A stretch of DNA of 61,575 nt, filler included, from Sphacelaria rigidula (lineage: Eukaryota), in assembly GCA_964200075.2 (NCBI GenBank). It is 7 parts of 7 records of this genome, joined end to end, with 100 filler letters (N's around TTAATTAATTAA, not from the genome) between each part and the next. Parts side by side here need not be neighbours in the genome. Positions count along the whole stretch, not along the records: positions 35,245 to 43,955 come from CAXNAA020010305.1; positions 44,056 to 52,765 come from CAXNAA020010306.1; 5 more parts are not named here. One strand, written 5' to 3'. Made by a program: the position numbers and the translations under genes. Below, one piece after another: positions 36,755 to 48,770 of this stretch (the stretch's first letter is position 1; each line of letters begins with the position of its first letter). A model generated the notes under the pieces. The model saw only the letters and a list, made by a program, of their open reading frames with translations. It was not told the DNA's origin and searched no databases.

Positions 36755-37286
36755 CTTCTTCATAAGCCCAAGTCATGTTCAACGAGGTCGCCGCTTGATT
36801 CACGGCTACTTGATCGTCTCCGTTCGTTTCCATGATTTGAAGCCATATATCCAAGAATATTGGCATACCCTTGCTTCCGCCACGAAACATAGAAAATCCC
36901 ATGCACATGGTCACCCCGTAAACGGGATCACTGAATTTAGGGGGCATACCCCCACGTTGCACTAGTATGTCGCCCCGGAGATCGCTGAAATCTTCAAGTG
37001 GGTTTTTGAGCCACAGCGCATCGTTATCAGATAGTACGACATCCAACCCTCCTTCTCCAACAAGGCACGCTAGAACCCTCGTCCGCATCTTTAATATCGT
37101 ATGGAAATCGAATGTAGATTCGCTGTCAACTTCGACGCACCGAACGTCGCCGTTCGTAGCGGCGAGAAGAGGAGAAGCCAATTCCTTGTCGAGACACAGC
37201 AGGAAGAGATTTCGGAGTGCAAACCCTGTTCTCTTAACGGCGACCAAGAAATTGAGCTCGTATTTCAGGTACTCGTTATTCACCGC
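36755..37286 (-). CDS. Nucleotide-diphospho-sugar transferase (GT77-like), catalytic exon
   Basis: AVNNEY...LNF, LLCLD, VVLSDNDALWLKNP (DxD), MCMGF and DDQVAVN motifs of the Nucleotid_trans family; cag/gtgagt boundaries, 532 nt, phase 0/1. Confidence 0.92.
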
Positions 37287-37589
37287 CTGCTCCAACAGTC
37301 ACGAGAAACAGCAGTAAAATGGCACCAAGAAAGATCGTTTCCATCAAGCGTTGTAAACAGGGCGTGTTGACCGTGACCTGAATTTCCCTATGTACTGCAG
37401 GAACCGGGAGAATAAATGGGCATAGTCAGTTATCTCAGGCCTACACCCTCAGTGCATGTGAATTGCGTTTGCGGTGGGCGTTGGCGATCGGCGGTATGTT
37501 CGGTGAGCTACTATCTTGAACGTGCAACCCTTGATTGCCACACACGCAGCAGATATCTTGAGGTATTTCTGACCTAAGGGCTTGGGTAT

Positions 37590-37675
37590 TGTAATGCGTG
37601 AGAGGACGGTGTGCTTGGACCGCGTCGGAGTTTGAACACCCCCATGGCTAGGGAAGGAGTCAGGGTTAGGGTCAG
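37590..37675 (+). mobile_element. Truncated copy of telomeric-repeat MITE (intronic)
   Basis: tgtaatgcgtgagaggacggtgtgct...cagggttagggtcag. Confidence 0.65.
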
Positions 37676-39210
37676 CCGCTGTCAGGCGCCGCTGCTATAC
37701 GAGAAGATTAGACCCGGTCAGATATTTGAATTTCTCATAGTGTTTTTATGGCACGCTATGGGGGAAACACAGCAACCCAAGATGACATACATTGATATGT
37801 GTACATCATACATGATTGTATAAAGAACATCCCGAAATCAATTCATCAAACAAATGGCGTGACACGGTTCAGTACGCATATGCAGTGGCCGTGTATGCAT
37901 CAGGCCTGCATCTTGAGTCATTTTTCTTGCTTCGTATCTTCTTCTTCGAAATCGGAGACGTTTTTCTACTTCCATGCCATTTTATCCCAAATCGCGGACT
38001 ACTCGGTTGATGCACCCCGGACGAACGTCAATGCCGTTCTTCTCGTGGTAACAACTTGCCGTGTCTAGTTCGTCATTCCGACAAAATTCGGAGGAACATC
38101 AAATGAAACAGATAACGAAATCAGTCCGCTTGATTCGAGTGACCACTGCCAAGAGCTCACAAACTTCTGCAACGTCTTCGGAATCTGTCTGATCGAAGGA
38201 TGAAAAATAGTTAAATTTCCGGGGAGAAAGAGCTTCGAAGTTTGTGCAGGGTACATTGAACGGTCTGTCGCCGGGGTAAAAAATGCACGAAAGCAAAGAA
38301 TAGTCAACAAATTGGAACTCGAAAATAAGATGTGATTTGCACAAAGCGCTGTATTTTTGTACGCCTCCTCTACCTTGCGTTCATCTCTAAGACGACCTTT
38401 CCGTAACAATGAAATGCATCATGAGTACTTGAGAGTAGTTCTCGAATCGGGACGTAATGTCCGCTAAGAAAAGCATCGACCATCGGATATACATACTCAA
38501 TCATAGAAATATCAGCAATAGTGTTTGCTGTCTGGGAAACCACTATGCTGTGCGGCAATTTTTTCATTGTACAACCTGTTGTATTACCAACTATGCGATG
38601 CACCGTTTGAGAGTGTAAAGCGTCCTGCATCTACAGCGGTACTATGCTGCATGTGCTTTGTAGACTGAGTAGCCTACGGTTTGATCCATCAGAGAATTTG
38701 ACTGGAGAAATGAAGATGTTTATTATTGACTGACTCCCGAAGTCATGTTTTCGCTGATGGTGATGGAGAAGAGTATAGTAGTAGAGGAGTGATCAGGTGG
38801 GCGAGCACCACGTGTGCGAGCCTACCGATCAGCTAATGAACTTCCAGACCTTCCACACGTCTAAAACACTCGCGGGATATTACAACCGATAACTCCCGAT
38901 TAATCCCCCGACAACTTGTTCTGGAAGCATTATGTACCGCACAATATACCGCAGACTATTTCTGGAACACTCAAAGGATGTCTTACTTGTTTACGATAAC
39001 CTACGATAGATAGTAGTCGTTACCAATGGCGGGCATTGAATATTCCAACACTCACTTTTTCACTCACTCGAACCCATACCGCATCGCTCCGGGACAAACA
39101 AATCAATGAGTCGATACATCCGTATTGCTGTACGATGCAACATCAAAACGCGTCGATGGTTGCATTGGGTACACCCGTGAGGTTGGCAACGATTCCAGTT
39201 GACTAGTCAC

Positions 39211-39426
39211 CTGAAGCACCAACGGTGACGGAATATCTGGAGGTACCCACCGCAGCACGTCCTGACACGTGCTGCTCGGTGTAAGCGCGGGGGGAGACTG
39301 ATTCGTGAAATTACGAACGTTCCCACGTGTTGCCATATCAATTGCCGGTTCGTCGACCATGGCCTCGCACGGCATCATCGTCAACAGCAGCAGCCGCCCG
39401 AGTGTTCCCCCGATCATCACGAACAT
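39211..39426 (-). CDS. Nucleotide-diphospho-sugar transferase (GT77-like), probable first coding exon
   Basis: Hydrophobic start MFVMIGGTLGRLLLLTMMPCEA; ...PSPLVLQ|gtgact joins in phase to AVNNEY; spliced product ~329 aa. Confidence 0.7.
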
Positions 39427-39827
39427 CCTACAAGCAGCATTTTTCATCCGGCGTGCTCGGGGTTTAGGATGAAGAATGGATATTTGTTTCTCCTCGATAC
39501 CTGCACGCCGTGATGGACGGTCTCGATCCCTCGACCCTCCTTCTTGAACACAAGTGAGTTTGGGTGAGTGCGGAGGGGACATAATCGTGAGGGACGTTTG
39601 ATTGAAACTCCGTCAGCGACACAGTGCAGTTAGATCTTGGAGTATGGCATGGAAGTCATGCTACGATGGGGGGGACGTGCTCATTTGTTGCTTGCCTTAG
39701 GTGCTACGATTGGATGTACTCATGATCATGCATGCCATAGTCATAATAAGACCGTTGACCTCGCAGGGGGGGGTATTTTGGGTCATTTCTAAAACGGTAT
39801 TACACTTCAAATCGTAGCTGAAGGTAG

Positions 39828-40046
39828 CTGTAATGCGTAAGAGGACCGCGTGCTTAGAAGACCGCATCGGAAATTGAATATCCCTATGGTTAGGGTTAGG
39901 GTTAGGGTTAGGGTTAGTGTCGGGGTTATGGTCAGGGGCGTAGTACCTGCAGGGACTGGCCCGATTGGTTTTGAAAAACGTCGATCCTGAGGTGATGTGA
40001 ACTACGGCACGGTCCTCTAAGCACGCGGTCCTCTCACGCATTACAG
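39828..40046 (+). mobile_element. MITE with ~37-bp TIRs and internal (TTAGGG)4.7
   Basis: ctgtaatgcgtaagaggaccgcgtgcttagaagaccg ... cggtcctctaagcacgcggtcctctcacgcattacag; telomeric run at 39890-39917. Confidence 0.9.
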
Positions 40047-40941
40047 TCGCAACAGTCTTCAAACGGGCTCGTTACAGATAGACAATGCTCCTTTTTACTG
40101 CTCGACACTGTTCTCACCTAAACACGAACGCATCTCCAGTGTCTAAAGTCCTCTGACATTCCTATGAACCTTTTTTTCGTGGAATCAATCATCCCAGCTC
40201 TCTACCGGTTCTCCGTCTCGAAAGAGATGCTTGGTCAATGGTCAAACCACTAAGGCGAACAACAAATGAGTGCCCCCCCCCGCCCACCCCCTCTATCACA
40301 GAATCACTCATGTACGTGTTACTATTCCGTAGAGACAACGGTCAATCTGCCTACGGCGTCACTTGTTTTCCTTCATGCCATCGGTGGCACATAGGTATTG
40401 CTTCCGCATCAAACGAGTATTTGTTGAGAATACCCGGAGACACGCCTGTGGTAGCTGTAAAGGCCAACGTTGATGGCAGCGAGGCTGACCTAGCAGGCGA
40501 TTTTGTTTTCGTCGCTCTTTCTACCCTTTCTCTTCCCCGAGACAAATCTGTGGTGTCAAGTGATCCACTACTCTCTTCCCGATACACGCTTTGCATATTG
40601 GTGTCAGTGATGTCGGAAATTACTTTCGGCGCTTTTAGTGTGGTCGCAAAGGCTGGCGCTGGTGGCGCTTCATCTAACCGAAATAAACAATGCGTTAGGG
40701 GTAGAGACAGAAGATGGTGTTAAAGGCGCCGCTTGAGGGCAAGAAGGGCTGGAACAACCCACCCTGCTGCACACGCTGAAGAAGAGTGGACGATGGAGGT
40801 CACGGCCACGTCAGATGGAAGTGTTGGCAATAGTTACGCTGTGATCTACGATACGAATTTGCCCCATCACCGACTCCACATGCGTGTTATCTAACGATGA
40901 TATCAGCTCACCACTTGAGCTCCAATGTCTCATACGCTCGC

Positions 40942-43340
40942 GCTCCCCCTCAGCCAACTCATCCACTGGGGTTTTGTTCCAAAGGGGAGTCTACCACCCA
41001 GCACACAACCATCTTAGCACAGTTCATGTCTAAAATACTATGATAGACACAAAGCGAAAACGAATTCCCCAAACACATGAATAAGCTCGACGAGGTAGCG
41101 GTTCCGCGTTTGCTCATGTGCTCCGTCTCCATATCGACGAGCTTGTCCTCGGTCTTGACGTAACGAACGCTGTTTCCCCCCCCCGTGAGGGGTTCCTATA
41201 GCCACGTCCTCGACTCGACGGCGAAGTATCGTATAGCCACATCCTTGACTCGCGATTTGTATGTCTAGTTGCCGGCAACGTGGAGGGGTGAGGTGCCATC
41301 AGTGCAGACGGGAACGTACCAGCTTTTCCTACCGCTGATGTACTGAACGTTTCTGTTCCACCTCTTGAGGGTACACCTGGTTGCAGTCCGCCATGCTGTA
41401 TCGCTCCAGCAGGGACTTGGTATGGCGTTGCTATTTGATAGTTACCGCTTTCTTTTCGTGGTCACGGGTATCACCCGTCCTCAGCACTAACAACACGTCT
41501 TTCATGTCGGACATCGAAAGTGTCCTATCAGTTTTGGCTCGATCCCCTTCAGCATTATTGGATAGTTCCCGAGCAGTGAAACCCCATCCGCATATAAGGT
41601 CAAGATGTAGATACTATCGCTCTCCGAGTAGATGTATACGAAGGTGTCCGACTTGAGGTTTTCTCATCCAATCTCCGTCACATATTTGTTGACCGTTTCC
41701 CGCCAGCAATCTGGGATTTGACGCAGACTGTGAAGGTGTTCATGGAGTCGCACTGCTATCAGAAATCCGATGGCGCCGAACGCATCCGAACCCCATTATA
41801 CACTTCCCCCTTCACTGCGATGTTGTGGTGTAACCCAGCTGCCAGCACTCCAATTGGACTCTGCCGCTATTGTCAACACCATGCGGACCCTCTGAACCAC
41901 GCAGACCGGAACGAACGTGCTGCCGAAGTCGACGACCCGACACTTGTAGGACATGTCTGCTTTTCGTAAGACTCATCGGAACTGATAACCTTTCCGGAAT
42001 TGATAACGTTTCCGGTGTGGACGGAGGTAGCCGGCAAAAGGGTGTACACGTTGTTAGTTTTGAGGCTTGTCACTTTCTTGTCTGAGCCCGCCCTCCGGTC
42101 TTCCTTTGCTGGCAGGTTCACAGCCCCATTGGACGTTTCTCGGTATGTTTCCAGCTTTCGCATCCGCCGAGCCGTTTGGGACGCTGGTTGGTGTGTAGGC
42201 ATACTTCACAACGGATTCTGCTTCATACGTCTGGTCTGGTGCACGGCATCCGGTGGGATCGCAATTTGTCAAGTCCCACCCGCCGTAGCTCGGAAAGCCT
42301 GTTCTCGCCGGTGAACGCTGCGAGATGAGCGGAAGTGGGACTGTTGTTGTTGTGTTCCCAGAAGGAGCGCGCTGCGATGCCTGCCCATGTCACCGCTGGT
42401 GTCACCGGTGCCATCATTGTCGATAATGGTGGAGCGGTGTTTACTCGGCTGTGGTGTCCTGATTGGGTCGCCAACTCCGTCCTGTGGGGCTGTCACGGTT
42501 TGCTCCTGCGGTTCTTTGCCCTCCGGGGTTCCCGCTAGTAGCGCCCATACACGGGGCGGGGTACCGTTTTGTATGATATCGCGGGTAGTAGCGCTGATTG
42601 ACCACCTATGGATTGCTCGAGAATCCGCCGGTAGTGACATGATCGGCACGAACACGGGCTGCTTGAGCTTGTACAGAGATGTGGCTGCGAATATCGCGCA
42701 GGAAGTCGTCGTCAGTGGTGCAGTTATGACCCACACTGTCGCCAGACTCCTTGTCGCTGGGTGAAAGCGAATGTATCAGAAGCTGTGACTTCCCCGGCGC
42801 AAGGCGTAAAGGCGCCTCGAGGACGATGACGTTCTCAGTCGCCATGATGCGTCAAGTAGCCGGGTTCAAACTGGGCAGCCCTCGCTGTCGTCGTTCTATC
42901 CAAATCGTCCTTCAACAGGCTTGGGAGCGAGGTTTGAGGTGCACTCGATATTTACAAAGGCCCTCGCTCCGAATACGCGAGGATGCCTTAGCTATGGTTC
43001 CGTCCTCTCATCATTGTGTGCGGACATCGCGAGTCGAGCGGGGAACGCGGTGCTCTGTTCGCAAGATACGCTACCGGGACCATCAAGTTTCCTCAAAGAA
43101 AGCTCGACAGCCTGTTGTCAGCGATCATGCGCCGGGCCGTGGCTGCGATCGTCCTCCCGACGCATTCGGACAGGTCGACTGTACGAACGACTGGAATACA
43201 GGGATTGAACCACCCTTACTTTTCAGGAGGTAAACCTCCATCCATCTGGTCTACTCGTTGCAGATCTCACCGGCATACTTGAAACCCCCCAGCGCCTTCG
43301 ACGTGAATTCTCCCATCTTATCCGTAACGACCAGCTAAAA
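40942..43340 (-). mobile_element. Decayed Ty1/Copia retrotransposon (integrase C-terminus, RT start, RNase H, PPT)
   Basis: VAYLANRAP and NP...IMATENVIVLE (integrase/SH3); LPAKED...SDKKVTSLKTNNVYTLLPATSV (RT start); SRVKDVAIRYF...YVKTEDKLVD (RNase H); PPT gagggggagc at 40942-40951; IN-RT-RH order. Confidence 0.88.
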
Positions 43341-43955
43341 CGTACGTTAACAACCGATTCTCAAAAATGGGGTTGGATACAAAAATGAGGTTCAAGCGGC
43401 AAGACTAAATTGAAGGTTTGGTGTGAAACAGTTACGCCAAGGGAGAACATCTTCCCCCCAAATATTCTGGAGCAGTGAAGCAGGCGTGGCTAGGTGCACC
43501 GAACGAATGCGGTGTATCCGCGTGCCGACGACGATACTACCGGAGGAGCAACGGCGGAGAGGAAGCTCCTTGCTCGTGTCCTTTTTGTTTCCTCGTTCCA
43601 CAATTCCCAACCACTGGAGAGATTGACATCATGTTACCACCACATACCCATTTCGCTATGTGCCGGCAGGGGAGTTACTGCTGAACATCCCCCAAAAGGA
43701 CGTCGAGGTGCCGAGCGGTGTCGTCTCTGCTTATTGTCTGTAGCGCTGATCAATGCTAAGATCGATTCCTCTCTGCCTCTCTTCTTCACACTCTGGAACA
43801 TGGACACAATAATGGCCCATTGCTTCAGTCACAGACGAAAGGGAAACCTATCGATAAATATTGTCGAACACGATAGATGGTGAAACACATTGATATGTAA
43901 CAGGGTTGCCAGAAAAATGAGAACGTATTTTGAAATGAGAATCAACCGCTCCCCG

Positions 43956-44055
43956 NNNNNNNNNNNNNNNNNNNNNNNNNNNNNNNNNNNNNNNNNNNNT
44001 TAATTAATTAANNNNNNNNNNNNNNNNNNNNNNNNNNNNNNNNNNNNNNNNNNNN
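43956..44055. other. Artificial contig-joining spacer
   Basis: N44-TTAATTAATTAA-N44. Confidence 0.99.
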
Positions 44056-44126
44056 CATGCATACTTTTTTTCACTTGAAATTGATGCCGATTCAACAAAA
44101 GACAAACATCGCGGTCTAAGGGTTAA

Positions 44127-44332
44127 CGATCGACGAGGGAAAGGGACTGCTGAACCCCTCTCGTGATAAAAATAAAAGGCAAGCACTGCAGAAGAAAGTT
44201 GGGGTACGAAAAAAAACTGTGTTGACCTTCCTCCTGTGGGACCCCGGCTGATGCGCCCACATATACCGAAAGGTGTAGACTGGCGTCCAGAAGAGATGGG
44301 ACGACCACACACACACACACACACACACACAC
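44127..44332 (+). mobile_element. SINE-like 3' portion ending in a (CA)n tail
   Basis: ...gtgtagactggcgtccagaagagatgggacgac followed by a CA run at 44306-44332; head absent. Confidence 0.55.
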
Positions 44333-46139
44333 CATGGTACGACACTGTACTTGACCGGGTATTCACCGTCTGCCTGCTCTTCGGCTTCATGCACGAGTAC
44401 GCAATACCACGCTCGTGCAGAAAATGTCCGCCTGTGTACATAACTATTTAACAAATCTGTGATACCATAAAGCGGTCCCCTCGATTTTGAGTTCGCGAAT
44501 TTGAGTCCCTGTCTCAGAAAATCAAGATTTGTTGCCATAAAAGATGGTCAATGAGCTCAAATGTAACTGAATGATGCATCATAGAATATATGCAACATCG
44601 ATGGAGTTGGATTTGGGCAGGGGGTGCATGGTGACGCAGCGGACGAGAAAATAGCCGTCGCCGGGGGTGGCTGCTACCGTGAATTTGGGGGTGGTATTCG
44701 CGAGTTTGGCCTGTATAGCGTATAGCATTACTTCTGCATTATGTCCGTATATTTTTCATACACTTGACATGTAAAAAGGTGAAGAAAGAACACCTGACCC
44801 AGGGGTTAAATGCGCGCATCCCCTCCCCCCCCCGAACATGATCACGCGGGCACTCGTGTGTATATCTACCGTTTTGACCTGTGACATACGAACTGCGATG
44901 CGACTGAACACACGAGTGCATCGATGAAACACGAGACCAATAAAGCGCTTATTCACGATCGTCGTTTCTCCCTCCCTGCGGATGGAACCGCTTTTGAATC
45001 CTACTTCAAGCATGATTAGGGGGTGGTACCTACCGTTTCGGCTAGTTACGTACGAGCTGGGCCAGCCGAAACGATAACGCACATCACACAACAGCTTCCC
45101 AAGTTCCCCGAGTCAGCCTGATTTGTGCACATCGCTGTGAGCTGTAGACCAAGACAAAGGCTGGGTTGAGGCGATAGGATCACCTTGGTTTCGCCCATTG
45201 CTTCGCTAGTTCTTTGTCATTTATATTTCCTTTTTTTTGCTTCACTACTTGTTTACAGGGTGTTATAATAGACCATCCATCTATCATTCCAATCACCGAT
45301 CTCGATCGTTTTCAACATAAAGGAAAACAAAATTGGAATGTCGCGATCTCAGAACAATTTCCCCCCATTTTTCGAAACGATCGGAGAAAATCATCCCGAG
45401 ATCGCGACTGCCCCCGACTTCGAGGAGGTGATGTACGTGCACTGACGTACAATGGTAAAGGACGAGGTGTTTGATATTTCTGCAACCGCGACCGTCAAAA
45501 TGAGCACGGAGTTCCCCCACAGGTGGACTACTTCGCTGTCTACCGGCATTTCTCATTTTGGTCGTGGCGGTTCAACCATGGATGACATGGTACAAATGAC
45601 TTGTTCGGTACTCTGCTGGACGTCTGTGCCACCTGTTTGACGCCTCATGTATTGTCAGCATAGCTTTACACTGTCTGCAGTGTTGTTGCTAAACACTATG
45701 CAGAGGCATCAGCAGCATTCAGCAAATTATGTTCAGTGGAGAGCGATGGCACACTGACACGCTTCTTTCTGTTGTATCCAGCGGAGGCATACCGCACACA
45801 TAATGGCTGTACGCTGTTGGCTGTACGATCGAAACCGGTCAGGGGTTCTCCGGAACTATTTTATATGTAGATGCCCAGCATCCACATGATTATGAAAAAG
45901 GGCGTTTTGTTTAGCGAGAAAAGAGCTGTTCTGAACCCCGAACATGGCACAGTCCTTCTCAGTCCACCTGCGGGGGGGGGTCGCTGTCTAAGGGTTGAAG
46001 GTCGAAATCACCAGCATCCACTTTCGGGCCATGGCATATGTAGCATGTTTTTTGTACCTCCATGAACACGGTTTCACTTGAGCTTGGTATAAGATTAAAT
46101 TACTTATGTTCAGTGTGGTATCAAGTGTACCTGATGTCA

Positions 46140-46340
46140 ATCTAGTCAGTAACTACTTGGTTACAGCACAGTGTGCTCAATGACTGCTTGGTTGTAGTTT
46201 GACGATCGGGAACTACTTGGTTTCAGTGTTACTTGTTTCCAGCGTAGTCATAACTACTTGGTTCCAGTGTAGTCGATGACTACTTCGTTCTAGTGTAGTC
46301 AATAATTACCTCGTTTCGGTGTAGTAAATAGCTCCTTGGT
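46140..46340. repeat. Degenerate minisatellite, ~26-27-bp unit (cttggttccagtgtagtcaataacta)
   Basis: Recurrent actacttgg / agtgtagtc motifs. Confidence 0.7.
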
Positions 46341-47299
46341 CTTCGTTACATCAATAACCACCCGCCTCGACCCCTGCTGCGGCTGGGTTACCATACTATA
46401 TCCCCATGGATTGTTCTGGCACTTTATAATTCACTTGCCATCACAGTTATCCATGGTATTCAAGAGGTACCCACTCCTCAAACAGGGGAATTTTCCCCCC
46501 TCAGCCCTGCCCGAAATGAGTTTTTCGTACTTTTGGGGTGTGTGGCTCTTGACCTGGAGTCTCCTACGGCCCTTGGTTTTCACTCGAAATATGCCAGACC
46601 CATCTTCCTTGTTTTCATCTTTGGGCGACCTTTTTGTCGCCAGGGTTGGTCATCTCTTGAACCGGCATCATTTTGTTTGAAAAATCTAGAAGTCGCAGGC
46701 ACTCACCCTGGCCATTCACAGGTACATCACATTATCTCACTTGAAATGAGGCCGCTTCGACAGATGATCACTGGCGATGAAAAGATGACAATCAATAGTC
46801 TGCCCACCAGCGTAGGCTGTTTGGTCACTTAGCATTCTTCATGTCTATTGGAAAAAAGGCGTCAAGACCCAGTTGACCTACCCTGGCGGTCAGGGGGTTG
46901 AGCTGCTGTAGTTGGGACGAGCTAGGATGGTTTGTACTGTACTGCACTTCAAACAAAATACACCGCAACAGTCTTACTCAGGTCGACGTGCCTCGTCTTT
47001 GTACGGCCTCCTTCCTGGTGCTTGAAAACGATTTTTTTAGCGGGCGCCCTCATCTTTTTTTTTTCACATTGAAATCCTTTTGATTCCCGTCCCTCCTTCA
47101 TCTTCCTTTGTCTTTCCGTCAGACTCGAACCCTTCTCAACCACTTCGTCCACCCTTTCTTCGACACTGCAGGGCTCGAAAATTGATTCCTACATTTGGCG
47201 TCGCACTCTTCGAACCTCTTCCCCTTGCATCCATTCTCCTTCATCCGCAGGGAAAGATTGTTTTTGTTTTCGTTATCGCATACTATTTCCTTCTTTTTC

Positions 47300-47474
47300 T
47301 TTTCTTTTTGTTGCGTCGTAGTCTATCTATGTCGCTCTGTTCGACTTTTTCTGTTCCTTCTATTTCTTCAGGGAGTGTTCAGTTTTATTTTTCTTGGATT
47401 CGTCCCATCATGTGACCACGGCTGGATCCCTGGGGGCGGTCAGGTAAAGTACGGCAATCAATCAATCAATCAAT
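47300..47474 (+). mobile_element. Probable non-LTR element 3' end with (CAAT)5 tail
   Basis: T-rich 3'UTR-like sequence ending in (CAAT)5 at 47455-47474; 5' boundary approximate. Confidence 0.45.
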
Positions 47475-47516
47475 GGTACTGTCCAACTTCCCACCAAAAC
47501 GTTGCAGCAGGAAATC

Positions 47517-47932
47517 ATGATCGAGCGCATCTCTTGGCTCGCGATGGGAGCCTGCCGTAGCCTGGCATACCTCCTGATAGCGTGCGCCGGCGTCTGGGTC
47601 GCCAGCTACCGGAGCATCTGGTACGACAATCACGTAATCGCGCGGAAAAGCCCCACCTTCGAGTTCGACTTTTTATCCAGCCCCATCCCCGGCAAGTACG
47701 CTCGCATCCTCGTGTTCTTCTCGATACCATGGATCCTTGCTGCCGTTTGCGGGGCCTGCTGGGAGGCCGCGTGGTTCCAGCAACAGCTTCGACGTGTTCG
47801 ACGGCCTGGCGTGCCCAGGAGCGTCGGCGGTAGCAGCCATGCTGAATTTGATGGCGGCCACCGTGAACGACGAGCACCCTGGATCGGGAGACTTCTGCAG
47901 TTGAACTTCCGCCCACTCGGCAAAGCCTCGCC
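47517..47932 (+). CDS. Membrane-protein exon resembling the N-terminus of ferric reductase oxidases (FRO/FRE-like)
   Basis: Two hydrophobic segments (SLAYLLIACAGVWVASY; GKYARILVFFSIPWILAAVCGACW), then ...FRPLG; high GC3; CAG acceptor at 47508-47510 and gtgagt donor at 47933; downstream exons not found. Confidence 0.5.
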
Positions 47933-48709
47933 GTGAGTATGAAGTATTTGGGGGAGGGGGCGGGGGCGGGGGCGTACTCATCTGTTGCTTGCCTTGGTCG
48001 TTTGACCATTGACTACGGGAGGGGGGGGCGGGGTACTCGTGATCTTGCATGCCGTAGTCATTAGGCCATTGACCTCGCATCCCTACAAAGCCGGAACGGA
48101 GCAGGCCATTTTTCGCCGGATCAGGCTCGCATTCAATCACCAACGCCGAAGCGCCGTGATGTGTTGGGCGAGTCGCATGAAAAGTGAGCTGCATCCTGCC
48201 AAGATTGGTCGGCCCGGAGCATACTGATTATCTCGCATTTGGATGATAGCCTCCATTGAGTTGCTCTTTTTTCTGGTATCGCCACTTGCAGAGACAGCCA
48301 CGGCTTTTACACTGCCTCGTCTCATCACTCCAACACTACGTAGTACGATCATCTCCTCTGTGCGGAGTTGAGGTTCTCTCACCCCGCACAATATGATCTA
48401 CCTCGACCATCATCATGGTTACCGCAGAGAAAACACAAGCGCGCACAAAATCTCGGTAACCTGGTGGTCCAGCTTACGTAGTGAATGGCGTGCTTTACAG
48501 CGCCATCGCCAACCGATGCCACCCCATAGGGGGGTCAGTCCCGAAAAGCCGGGACGGAGCACGCCGGCTTTTCGCCGGACCAGGGGTGGGGTCGGGGGAG
48601 AGAAGGGAGGGGGGGGGGGGGGGGGAGGGGAGTCAAAAGGAGGGGGGCGGCTTGGGTGTGGGAATTTGAAAAGAACGGGGGCGGGGATCCAAGTTGCTGN
48701 NNNNNNNNT

Positions 48710-48770
<61 letters not shown>

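Noticed and set aside
27747..39426. Polysaccharide-synthesis gene cluster (fucosyltransferase-like plus GT77-like)
   Set aside because: The two genes are on different contigs separated by an artificial spacer, so their adjacency is an artefact
39890..39917. Chromosome end (true telomere)
   Set aside because: Only ~5 units, internal to the contig and enclosed by MITE TIRs
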